Positions 12,321 to 38,550 of a stretch of 64,000 nucleotides of DNA are shown piece after piece. Source of the stretch: Lingula anatina (taxonomy: Eukaryota; Animalia; Brachiopoda); the NCBI GenBank assembly GCA_051362555.1, contig CM120646.1, forward strand, positions 19,716,001 through 19,780,000, given 5' to 3'. The position numbers and the translations under genes are program-made. Each line of letters begins with the position of its first letter. Positions within the stretch are counted from its first letter, which is position 1. The notes below the pieces were generated by a model. It did not search any database. It was not told where the DNA came from and saw only the letters and a list, made by a program, of their open reading frames with translations.

Positions 12321-12500
12321 GTATCGATAGGACTATTAGATTTACATTAAAATGTCAAATTTTATCTCTGCGATCGTAAAAACGCCGGAAAAAGTCCGAC
12401 AAGTTCGAACAGCGCGCCTCGTTAGAGAATCAAAATATAGGTCAAGGTTTGTCCCAAGGTCACCACGCATGCGGGTGTGCAGAAGTGAGCGGCATCCAAG

Positions 12501-15144
12501 ATGGCGTTTTTACAGCGGTGGGTCCTGAAGGGGGTTAACTTTGGAATAAGTAAGTGACAGCAGCATTATTTGTCTTGTAAGAGTCTCTTTAAATAGTTCG
12601 ATTAACTAAGAATGAAAAAGTATCGCCTTCTACTTGTATGTTCAACTGTAATCACTTTGTCAGACGTTGCCATTCTCCAAGGTTCACTCGGCATTTCCCT
12701 GACGGTCTGCAGTCACTGGTCAGATAAAACAGCATTTATTCTAGCTCACTTGTCTCCTGGTGTAAGGTGATTTTGGAAAAAATAAAATTTTTATTGAAAA
12801 AATATAGTTAAATAGTCTGCTGCCCCCATCTCAATATATCAAGTACTCTTTGACTTTGAAAAGTATGATTACACCAAGGGCAGAGGCTAACCGATTCTCT
12901 AATCTCTGTCCCGAGTCCTTTTGACTAGCCTATTGAAAGATATCCGCAAAATGACGGAACACAAATTATATAGCGTGGCTAAAAAGGCTTTTTAGGAGAA
13001 ATGGTCTCATTGCACTGATTCTTATCACACTCCTCTCTCAGACTCCATTTTGCCCCCTCTTTTTTTTGAAATCTTAATAAAGATGCATTTAAATTGACAT
13101 GTCTAATAATTGCCACTAAACCCAACCATATAGTTTTAAATAGCATGTTTTTAAAATATACCACAGGGTAACATTATATACTGTAAAATTATATTTGAAC
13201 AGATATTTTCCGCTTTCTTTCTGTGCTATATTTAACCCTCAGTCATTTTTACCGGGTGTGACTGAAATGCGCAATACACTGCAATACAGCGCAACACAGC
13301 GCAATACACTTGATAACACAAGTCCAGTTGCAAGTAAACACAGGAAAGGGTAATCTCAAATAAAATAGGGTGATATAAAAGCAAAATATAGTACATAGTA
13401 ATTAATATTGCTGATACAACTTGACAATTTTTTCATTGTTTGGTCAGCCGCCATGTTGGTGAGTAGCTCTTCTTGGCCAGTAATATATCCAAGAAGAGCC
13501 ACTCGCCAACATGGCTGCCAACCGGACAATATAAAAGTCTTGCTGATTTGTTAAGTTATATCAACGATATTACTTACCTAGTAATATATAGGTTGTTTTT
13601 ATATCACCCTACTTTGCTGGGAATGGTCATTTCTTTTGTGTAATTGCAACTGGATTTGATTTTTGAAGTGTATTGCACTGTGTTGCACTGTATTGCGGTG
13701 TATTGCGCATTTCAGTCACACCGATTTTTACCAACTCTCATGGGAATAACTGTGCCATACATTTCTACCCCATTTGGCAGGCTTAGTTGACTGGTGGAAG
13801 GTAAATGGGATAAATTTTGATACAACTGAAGGCAGGCAAACAATAGTGGCCAGCTTAGTAGCCATTCCTCCATCCTCCATCCAGTAGTGGTGTCTTTCCT
13901 ATTCCTTTAGTGATAAATCTGACATATGTGATTCCAGAGACCGTCGACTTTGCCACGCCAAGGCTGCAGACTTTCTGGAAGTATGCTAAGGTAGAACTCC
14001 AGCCGCCCAGACCCAGTGAACTTTCACAGGTCATCACAGGCTTACAGAAGGGATATGCAAGAATAGACAAGGGCACATGGAGGGAGGTTACTGTAAGAGT
14101 AAGTATATATTGCCGCTTCAGTTTTGCTTCTAGACGGGATTCATGGTATGTCACACCCCCTCCCCTTCTTGAATATTATTATTAAAAAGTGTTTTTCCAA
14201 CTCGTAATGTGTCACCCCCCCCCCCCCCCCCCCATACATAGTAAACCCTAAAGGTGTTGTTACAACTTTATGACAAAATACAGACATTCAAATGTAGCCC
14301 CTATGAGATGCTGTATTAAAGAGACTCCTGGTATCTCTCAAAATCCAAATAATGGGCTTAGTAGAGAACACGGGCCCCCTGCTTGCTCTGACACATTCAT
14401 CAAGCCTTTAACGCATCTTGGGCAGTAATCTTCAGATTATTATTATTTTTATTTTTTATTATTATTTTTTTATTTATTTTTTTTTTGGGGGGGGGGGGGG
14501 GGGTGAGGGGTGCTGGGGCACCAGATCCAGCTGGTGCCTGCTGACAAGAGTTAATTCCCCCTGGGCACCCTGTCTGCCTTAATGGCCCCGGGGCAGATAG
14601 CCATATTTCACATCCATCCTTACGTACCTGATAATGCACGACAAAATTTAGAAAACACTACCAATGACAACTGGTCACTTCTGTGTACAAACTCCAACAG
14701 AAAATCTTTATTGATGCTAGAATTTTTTTTTAAACTGGAACGTTTTTATTGAAGGCTGATGTATATCTTTTACTTCAGCTTCAATTTGACATTTGTTGAA
14801 TTTGTGTGGAACTTTGCAGGTACTAAAAAGTGCAGTGAAACAAATAACATGCTTAATATCCTGTAAAAAAGTTCCAAATTTTTTCACTTTAAATTTGTTT
14901 GTACACTTCAATTCCAATTGAAAATTTTATTAAATTTATTGTTCATATTATTTTGACCAGTGCATAATTTTCCTTGCAGGAAGCTGCTCGTAATGGTTTA
15001 GTTGGACTGGAGTTCCTTTTCATCTTCTTTGTCGGAGAACAGATTGGTCGTAGGTCAATTATCGGCTACAACATCCCAGGTCGAAAGTTAAGTCACAGCC
15101 CATTTGATCAACCTGGGCACGACTGGTATGATGATGACCATTAA
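12501..15144 (+). CDS. ATP5MG: Mitochondrial ATP synthase subunit g (124 aa); exons 12501-12549, 13938-14098, 14980-15144
   Basis: The spliced product contains PRLQTFWKYAKVELQPP and WREVTVREAARNGLVGLEFLFIFFVGEQIGRRSIIGY, hallmark subunit g motifs. Introns are GT-AG with consistent phases (1, 0). Confidence 0.95.
13254..13723. mobile_element. Foldback MITE (Mutator-like) with 9-bp TSD in ATP5MG intron 1
   Basis: Long TIRs ggtgtgactgaaatgcgcaatacac... / ...gtgtattgcgcatttcagtcacacc. The element is palindromic nearly to its centre (about 13480) and is flanked by ATTTTTACC at 13245-13253 and 13724-13732. Confidence 0.88.
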
Positions 15145-16634
15145 CGTAACACAACAGACTTGGACAATATCGCTGTTGGGCAGTTTTCAGTGTGTCCCGG
15201 TCTTTAGTCTGACAATCCTAGTACATAGGTAATATTTGCTGTGAAAACTTGTTTCTTGGCTTGTAAGCCAAACTTAGTGATGATGTTGATTTTGGATGTA
15301 TTGGACAAGATTCAGGAAGGAGGTAAAGCATTGAGCAGAAGAAGAAATGTGGAAAATAACAGACAAATGTTTGTGATACATCAAGTCTGGGTTAACTATT
15401 AAATACAACTGTTTGTGAAAAATCGTATTGGTGTACTTGTTTATTTTCTCATTTTTTTCCCCCCTTGATGCACAAAATCAATTTATTTGTGTAACATTAA
15501 ACAAGGATGATATTTTTCCAACTACCAACAGATTTCCAAATTTTTGAGAGCCAAATATCATTGGTCTAGGCCACCCCCTAGACCCCATGCCATGTTTTCC
15601 AACTTTTTCACTAGATTTGCAGGATCAACAAAATTCTTTTACTACTCTCATAGACTGCATGCTTCCTTGAATCTCTCAGTCACCTGTACTTCTAGAGTTA
15701 GTTATTTTTAAAGTATCAATTAAAATGTCAATCACAGGGATGAGACAGTTCTCACTGAGAAAGTAGGAAAATTGGCCAGGGATCCAGGGTATACGATTCT
15801 CAAGAATGACCCCAAAAAAGACAGAATTCCAACAGAAGTTGGAAAAGTCTCATCAGTGCAATCAAAAATATCAACCTCTAACTGGTTCCTTTTAGGGAAA
15901 GTGGATTATTAATATAATTATCCATTTTACTCTCTTCATTAACATTAATGTTAAATTTCAAAGCTATAAAAAAGCAGTGGAATTACATATGGTACAGAAT
16001 ATCAAAACTGCTAATTGACCAGAAAAACCTGCCGAAGATGAAAAAAAATCTGAGATTAAAACCGAATGGGGCATACAGGGCTTTTAAGTCTATACAACAT
16101 GCCCCCAGTTTCAGGAATTACTAGCAACTAACATTAACACCAGCTTGCCTCTGCTGCTTTCGTCACCTGACAAGGTTAGCTAAAAAATGGGGGTTAGTTT
16201 ACACAAGGAGTGACAGGCTCCTTGGTTTACACTAACCTTGTACATGAATAATGTCATTAAATTTTTTCAAAAATATATTTGGCATGTTTTTGAAAGCATT
16301 ACAGCTGGGAACAAATAAGAGGGCAATGGAAGAATAATAAAAGAACTAAAAACAACAGACAAAATTATCAGTGGAAACTTCATCTTAATTTGAATGGATA
16401 CATGTACCTGAAATTCATCTTCAACTTTGCATTCTACGCAAAAAGTTACAACCCTTATCTTCATTACATCTGTAAATACTGCTTTTAAATAAACAAAATG
16501 ACATTAATTTTCTTCTATTTGACGTAAGCAAATGGTCAGTTCATCATGAGAGAGCTCTATTCCCGCCCCCTGCCTGGCTTACTGCTATTTTAGTTTTAGT
16601 CCTTGAACAAAAAACATCCAATTTGAGGAGATCC

Positions 16635-16750
16635 TAGCACGCAAATCCATGCGTTAGCACTCCTATTGAAGATTCTGATATGTAGTGTCTGTGCTAACAG
16701 TACATATCAGAATCTTCAATAGGAGTGCTAACGCATGAATTTTCGTGCTT
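16635..16750. mobile_element. 116-bp hairpin MITE with 9-bp TSD upstream of SIK3
   Basis: Arms tagcacg...catgcgttagcactcctattgaagattctgatatgta / tacatatcagaatcttcaataggagtgctaacgcatg...cgtgctt; flanked by AGGAGATCC at 16626-16634 and 16751-16759. Confidence 0.85.
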
Positions 16751-16967
16751 AGGAGATCCCAGTTTCCACGGCACCAGTGATGCCTTTGACACCAGTGTCT
16801 TTGACACTGTGTTCACTATAAATAAGGTTTTCATGAGACGTTCACCACTTGACTTTTGGTGTATTATTCAGACTAAAAATCAACTGAAGTTTTCAGTATT
16901 TCATCCAACAATCCACTCGTCCTGCAGCTAACAAGCGCTCGATCACACTAGCTCCTGTAGAAATTGA

Positions 16968-29905
<12,938 letters not shown>

Positions 29906-32900
29906 GATCCCCTGTAGCTGTCCATTTTCTTTCTTTTTTTGCCTCATGCCATGTGAAGCGTTTTATATATATATCAATTTATATATATAAAAATATATAT
30001 ATACAAGTCATTGTAACTCATTATCATCATGTTATGCTATCTAAATGGTCACCATGTGGTACACTTACATTGCCATTAATGTACTCCTTTGGTCCCCATA
30101 TGGTATTGATAATTGTGGCACACCTTGTACAACATACCGTGGTACTTTTTATTGTACAATTGCAGTATTCATATTCTGTCTATTTAATGTGGTACATATA
30201 TTGTACAAGTATGGTATTAATATTGTAATTGCCTAGTTATCGGAATAGTGTTGACTCGGTATGAATGTAATATTTAAGTTATGCAGCCTTACTATGGTTG
30301 TAGATGTAGAAATTGTACTTTTGGTTTTCGTATGTCACAGATGAGTTACCAATTTTGGTATTCTGAGAAGGTATATTAAATTATTCAGCAAATCTCATCA
30401 ACTGATAGCAAACTGTTGTTATAGATGGTTTGGATGATATAAAGGACTGATAACATGATTTTTGTCACCTTAAAATGAAAAAATTATAGAATCAAAAATG
30501 TTTGAGGAAAAAAATAGTTTTGGTGGAAAAAGATCTTTGTAACTTTACTTTTTGGTAAAAAAGGAGAGTGTGAAAAAGTTCGTGCATAATTTTGCATTTA
30601 ATGTGCAGATAAGTAAGCCACCTCATTTATGAGGGCAGACGACACTGGCCATCTATAGATGGCAGTGCAAGTCTGTTCCAAAATGAGGCCAAGATGACCT
30701 ATTTTTAATTTTTACATATTTTTGCATTGTCTGCTGTTTGTTTTTCTTTTATCCATGTCTTAATGAAACAGCTGCGGGTAGTCCTGGACATCAACAGCAA
30801 TGTATTATACATAATATTAGTATTTAAGACTCACTTTCGTATATTATAATATTTTGCACTGCCATCATTTTTGCATTAGATCACCCTCAACACCTATTAT
30901 TCTAACTGGCTGTATGTGTTGTCTGTTGTATTCATTTATTTTCAGTAACTATGTGATATTTAATCAAATACTTGACTCATTTGGTGCTACTAGTGGTAAT
31001 AATACAGAAAATGCATTGCACCGTTGGATGGATATTAACACGGGCTTGGGGTTCCAAGGCAGAATGAACAATGTTTGACATAAAGCATCCTCTCCCTTGG
31101 GGATTTCTAAAATTATCTTTTGAGGAAGGAAAAATTCAAATCTGAATTCTGCTGTTGTAGGATTGAAAATAGACTTGCTCAGTTGTTGAAGGCATAGGGG
31201 GTAAATATTGATTCAAAACCCTTTTATCAAACCAGTTTTTGGTACTTTTTTCTTGACATTCGGTACCAACTCTTTTGCGATTAATTCTAAAAATGCATCA
31301 AATTTGATTCTTTTGCTCAGTTTTTTTTTTTTTTTTTACTTTGATCCTTGTGATGCAAGTGCATTGCTTTAATGAGCCTCTGTTCTTTATCTCAATTTTC
31401 ACAACGTCTTAAGTTCAAGTTTTTTAAACAAGGCATAATCATGTCTTGCTTATCTGTTACAAAACTTGGTTTCATTAAAAAAAATCCCTCTATGTCTTTA
31501 TTTTGACAGTATTTTAAGAAGATTCCTTTGGATAAAAAAGTATTTTACTATGGATTTAATTGGTTCTGTCATTGCCATGTGAGACTATGTAGCACGGATG
31601 GGATACGGGGGGGGGGGGGGGGGGGGGGGATAGTTCTTATACAGCTGCAAGCCATGAGAAGTTTAACCTGCTATCGTATTCACCATTGCTTTCAGTCAAG
31701 TATATGAGTTTTTTGTATCTTGGTGTGTATGTGTGCATGTGCAAGTGTATGTATATAAATAAATATATATATAGACATTGGTGCTAAGTCTGTCCACAGA
31801 GATTTCATATGTACAGCTGATTCTTGAACTTAACTGCCTTTATCATCTAAGGTTTTAATATTTACATGTTATTTAATTTTACATTGTGAACCTTGTGTGC
31901 CAGTCTGTTTGTTGCAAGAGCATCGGACAAGGGTGCTGGAAAATTGTGTGCTATATAGCTATATATATATATAAGTATATGATAGTTAAAAGATACAGTT
32001 CAAACTGCTAGTGCTTTCAACAGTTGACAAAGTACAGAATGAGTAAGTGTTCTACTATTAGACATAGTAAGTGTAAATGAAATCCATAAGAAATATTGCC
32101 AAAATGGAAAAGCAGCAGGTTTTGGTACTTAAAAAAACATTAAGTGGCGTTAGTTTAGATTGTAGACGGTTTTTGATATTTGACATGGCTGACATAATTT
32201 GATACTTTAAATGACACTGATGTAATATGACACTACTTAATGACAAAAAACAATTTGACACAACATAATGACACTGACACAACTTGACACTTTTGAATGA
32301 CAATGACATAATGTGATATTGTTATAAGGAATTGTTTATTATACCTGACATTTTCAATCCTGCTTTAATTATGTGACACTACATTTAATATATGTGTAAT
32401 AGGGCACTTGTTTCCTTACATGACATACAATGAAGTATGACATTGTGTATCAGTATATGTTATTTATTGCCATTTTATGACATGGTTTACAGCATAAAAG
32501 TCGACAAAGGGTGACAGTACATGACATTTGATGACTAGGTGACAGTTGTGGGTTTATGACATTGGTGACGTGACATTAAGAACATGCGACACTGTTGACA
32601 TGTAGTGTCTATGACACGACACTGATTGCACACTACTTACGTGACATGACACTACTTACGTGACATGATATCTCGTGACAGTTAAGGATATGTGACATTG
32701 TCATTGTGACAAGGACAGCATATCAAATTCATTGACATTTGACATACTGTGACATGATATGATGAAAGTGATCTTATTCTGAATTAAGTAGCCATATAGT
32801 TATATACATGATAACAGCGTATTACTTGTCCGGATTGCGTTATTTAAACTTAAAAAAGCACTTTTCCACTGCGGTTTATCCTACAATCTGATTGTAACAG

Positions 32901-33860
32901 TTTTTATACAAGTCAACTGAAAGACGGAAAGCTTTCTGGGGGCTCGATTTTAAAGATCTTTTATTGAAGAAGATTGACGTTTATTTTGAGATTATGCTAA
33001 TTGCAATTATTTGTCAATAAATATATACAGTATTTCCCGCCGACTTCTGTTGTGTTGAGATGGGTTGTCATGTGAACCTTAAAACCTGTGTGCAAGCAAG
33101 CACATAGATTTACCTCCTTCTCGGATTAACTGATGTAGAATATACGTAAAAATGTTAAAATACACTATGCAATGGAAATATTAAAAGCTATCGCAAAACT
33201 TTCCGTATATTGCATCTTTGCATGATATTCGTATTTTCTTTAAATTGAAAAAACGAAGAGACATTTCCACTGCTGTGTAAAAACGAGATATGACGAAAAA
33301 ATCGTTCTACTGTCAAATGTACCCGTATTTGTCTTCCATCCCTGTTAAAAAAATTGATTTGAATAAAAATTCTAAGAGTACGGTAAATCGGTAGGCAGTG
33401 GTGATGAAGAAAATCACCGTGCTCAAGGTGGAACCGCTGTCTTAGTGCCAGTGTAAAAGTATGACGTCTTATCTATTGACCGAGCAATAACATGTTCTGA
33501 TCGTCCGTCAATCATTAACACCTCTTCAGACAATCCATGTGCCAGTATCGATATATGAGCAACGTGATCTCATTTAGATTAGGGAATGGACGTCAAAACA
33601 CAATGCCAGGTACAGTATTAATATTTTTAGCCTTGTGTAGCTATAGACAAGATATATCTTTTAGATTGTATTCTTAATTGGACTCTGGACTCACGTAATG
33701 CCAATTAACGGTGCTGATCAAAGGCAGGCTGAAAAACTTACGTTTATAAATAATAATTATCAGTTATAAAAAGGGACTTTGGATCGTTTGGTATTTTACA
33801 TCAAAATAATTCGCCATCTCACAATATTAAATCCATTGTTATTTTCCATGTTCATCAGGC

Positions 33861-33959
33861 ATGAGTCCCAGAAAGTGGCTGTTAGTTGTGTGTCCGGCTG
33901 TTCTCTTCGCCATTTCATCCAAACAACATGGTGTTACAGGGCAATCCCTCAGAGGTAGG

Positions 33960-34037
<78 letters not shown>

Positions 34038-37000
34038 AACGTAACACAAGAAGGCAACAAGCAGAATGGTATACAAGTAAATCGGTTCTAAAGAGACTGA
34101 ACGTGTTATTCGGCAGTGAGGCTTGGCGCTTGGACACTGGACCAAGTACCTTGAACACATTCATGACTCGTCAGTGTTACCCTCTATCAGAGTCACAGAT
34201 TGATTTCACCGAGCAAGCAACATTTTGTATAAATTGAATAATTATCACATCATACATAAGTTAGCACATGCTAATGAATTTTCATATGATTCCAATGAAA
34301 GTAGTTAATATTTCAAATTTGGGATATGGCGTATATGGATTGTAAACATTCGCCTTATTATTATTATTATTTCCCCCGTTATTTTAGCATTTTCATAGTT
34401 TTGAAAATTTAAGACCGTCGCTCTTTGTTGTTTTCCTAGCAATCTCCATTGATTTCGTGGAAGTTACAGTGATAGTCAGGTGGACAGGGAATGGCTGGGA
34501 AGTGTTTGCGAGGCACAGATTAATCAATAGACATACCTGTGTCAAGACGTCTACAGGGTCTCAACAATTTTTTTAACCGTTTTAATTGGAACTCAGATAA
34601 TATACAGTAGGGCCTATAACAGTAACAGTCTAACAGTATCTGAACCTTAATTGTTACCATTTTACATGGATTCGTGTCTTTGATTGCCTTGAAATCATTT
34701 TCTAAACAAAATGTTGACGACTTTATGACAAAAATTGCAGGACTTTCTAAAATTCAGTTTTGCCGTGACAAAATCAGACAAATTACAATGGTAACACAAT
34801 ATTTATTAAAAACAGTATTCTGATAGAAATTAAGCTATATGCGTAAGGTATTCCTACAAAAACACCTTTTTTTTTTTTGCAAATTGTATACATGCAACCC
34901 TTTGGGGAAAATATGTAGCCTTATAGTATAAAACATCTTACCATAATTTGGACCTGATATTCGCACCACCCTGTAGGACAAGTCAATATTGACTTAATAT
35001 CTTGTCGCAGTCTGGTATCAAATTTTATGATAGACAGAAGTCCGCTTTCTTCCACGTGTCTATACACGTTCATCGTGTTTGACCCTTAGATCAAGTAACA
35101 TGGCCCTAGTTTTAGTATCATGGATAAGATATTTCCGCCGATTTTGTGTCTTTGACATCTATTGGCACTTCTGTTTCGTGGTCTTCTTTATAATTCTACA
35201 CTGCATATTTAAATACGTTTTCTTAGAATCAAGTTGCTAATTTTTTCACTGAATCTCGATTCTATTGAAATTGGCAGCTTTCCAATGAAGCGTTGGATGC
35301 ACACCTTATTATTTCCACTAGCAATATTAGGCTACTCGTGACTAGTAAAATTAAGTATTTAACAGGAATAATTCTAATTTAAATACATAAATATAATATA
35401 ATATTAATCAAGATATACAACATAAGTTCTATGTGTTACAAAATATTTGATTTCAGACTGTGTTCCACTGGCTGTCCCTAACTTTACGTCACCAAGGTGT
35501 GACTCGTGTACCTGGCACCAGGTGGCGTACGAGGCAGTGACGGGGGAGAGCCTCACATTAAACTGCTCTGTCAATGTCACGGTAGGAAGCTCAGCTGTGA
35601 GACGGAGACACGGAAATTTCTCACTTTTGCTTATTTTCTCTTCTTCTCTTTTACTATTTTTTCTCGATTTTTATCATTAAACCATTAGAACAGATAAAAA
35701 CATAAACAACAATACGAGAACACAAATGCACGCGCACATAAAAAAATGATTTAATACTGAAATAATCATAATTTTCTACATTATTACGTGTATAACATTG
35801 ATCAAAAATCAATCAAGGATAGTGTCAGGACCTAAATGTCAGGGGTGGTCAACAGCCCACGTGCTGAAACAAAAGCAGAGAGAAAATATTGATTAAAGAT
35901 CGATAACCATGTTCTGTGTTCTAATCTAAATTGTAATTCTGTTTTTATCAGGGTTTACACTAAAATAAACTGCATAAATATTTGCATAATAAACTGCATA
36001 ATAATTTGTATGTATATAATCATGATTCGTTGAGATCACCATGCCTTCCTGGCATTTTGGAAGGGAATACCGATATCAGGTAGGCCTACTTTGATTTGAG
36101 GGTTTTTACGTTTTTTTTTTTAAGTTCTGGATTTGGAACAATTACCTTTGCGGGGTATTTAGACAAAAATGACTTTGGCACATTTTCAAATGCGTACAGA
36201 ATGCCTTTAATTGAGATTTTTTCATAAATATCTTCTGTTTCAGGGACCGTATTTAAAGTTGTGTCTCTCAAGACCCGGGGCGGACCATCCCCCTCCAGTG
36301 TGCAGGGAATGCGATTCTTCTATAGGAACGCTGTGCACTGTTAATACAAGCGTTGTTAACATTAACAGCAGTATACAGTGGACATGTGCTGTCTTGATGA
36401 TGATGGCGCCGCCAGGTTGCACCACTGAACGGGCTAACAAGCTGAATATCACTGTTAAAGGCACGTAAAAAATGAAGACGGGTTCGTTAAAGACACACAA
36501 AGAGCGTTAGAATTTTATATAGCAAATATGACAAATATGGAGAGTTCAACACCTTCCCTTCATAATCAAATCATACATAAAACTTTCATGTAATTACGGC
36601 CCATTTTTTAGTTCAAAGTATCGATATTTAAATGATTGGTTTTCGTAAAGCCCCTAAAAACTGGTGGATTTCGCGCTAAAATCAGAAATTAAAAAGGTTA
36701 AAGGTAGCAACTTTTTTCAAAATTGTTGGATAGGGTACCATGGCGACGAAGGTAATAATTATGAATTTATAATGAAATGAGGATCATTATTGTTAAGTAT
36801 TGTTTATACATCGGTGGAGAAAAATGCCATACCTCGGTAATAAATCCTATTGCTTATTAAAGACACAAGTCTATATTACATGCAAGAGAAGCCAGTCTGC
36901 AACAATCACTTCTATGGAGGCTTGTCTTGCAGAGATTCGAGAATGGGTGAAAGTGAACATGTTGGCTTTAAATGATAGTAAGACTGAGTTGATATGGTTT

Positions 37001-37860
37001 ACATCAAGGTTCAAGGCCAATAGGAAAAATGCAGCAAAAGCCAACATTTGCATAGGAGATGTTCTTATAAAACCATCTAGTTCTGTAAAAGATCTGGGAG
37101 TTACCCTCGATGAAAATGGCACTATTAGCGTGTATCTGAAGTATGTAAATCAGCATCTTATGCACTATGGCGCTTTGGAAAAATAAGGAAAGTGTTAAAT
37201 AACCAAATCACTGAAAAATTAGTGCATGCATTTATATCATCAAGATTAGATTACTGCAATAGTCTCCTCTTTGGTATTTGTGACTATCAGATTAAAAAGT
37301 TACAAGTTATTCAAAACTCAGCTGCAAGACTGGTTTGTCAAATTAAGTGCAATAGTACACACCATATCACTCCCATTCTGAAAGAATTACACTGGTAAAG
37401 CAGAGGATTGATTATTAAGTACTTTGTATTATTTTTAAGGCGATACATACACAAGGACCATTATATTAATCTGATCTTATATGTTTTAACTCACAACGGT
37501 CCACACGTTTTAATACTGAGAATGACCTTATTTTAGAACATTGTATTTTAGAGAAGGGTGCCTCAAAAGTTATGGAGATCGGGCTTTTATAATCTATGCC
37601 CCCAAATTATGGAATGCTTTACCAAATTTTATTAGAAAAGCAGACGACTTTGACAGTTTTAAATCCCTTCTTAAAACTCACATTTTTAAATCTGTCTATA
37701 TCTCTTAGTTTTTTTATATATTTTAATAATGTTTTTAGTAGTGTTAATTTTAAATGGTTTCCAAGTGTTTTAGATTTAAATATTGTAGATTTTAATGATT
37801 TTAGTTATATTATTCATTATTGTAAGGCGCCTTAAGGTAGCACGTAAGGCGCCATATAAG

Positions 37861-37912
<52 letters not shown>

Positions 37913-38501
37913 TTCTAGCAAGGGCACCGTTGACCGCAACCGATGGCAACTCACCGCATAATGTCTCGGTACACGTTGGGGACAAGGCGATGTTTAACTG
38001 TACTGCGTATGGATACCCGTCTCCAACCGTATGCTGGAGACATGGCAACCGCACTCTACTCAACTCAACAGCGAAACATATTATATTTCCAAATGGTAAA
38101 CTATTGTTCATTAATAATCAGTCTATTTTCATATGTAATATAGTAATTACGTCGTTGAGTTTTTTTTTTTTTTTTTGTTATAAAGTCATTTTGTGGACGT
38201 CTCATATTTTATGAGCGCCATCAGAATAGAGGCTTTGCATGGTATATTTGGTATTATCTGAAATAATACCGTTTTTCTTTTCCTCTTTTAAATTCGCCTT
38301 GATTTACCATAGGAACGCTACAGTTAAAAAACGTGAACGCGAGTGATGCAGGGGACTATGTATGCGAGTGGTCAAACAGATTGGAGACTAACACCTGGAC
38401 GGCAAGTCTGACCGTAACGGACAGCTCTAATTCCACCCCAACGCCATCCACAGCGGAGTATATATTCGGAGGTAATTTGGAACGTGTAGGCCTACTACTT
38501 A

Positions 38502-38550
<49 letters not shown>

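Noticed and set aside
33839-34164. IYIYIY-type ORFs here, and poly-I/poly-N ORFs at 37776-38214, 38333-38572 and 49434-49634
   Set aside because: Translations of (TA)n, (ATT)n and (AAT)n microsatellites; only the embedded true exons were retained.
35100-35240. Hydrophobic ATG-initiated stretch as first exon of the Ig gene
   Set aside because: It has no good phase-1 donor and terminates in stops. Exon 33861-33954 provides a signal peptide with a correct-phase GT donor.
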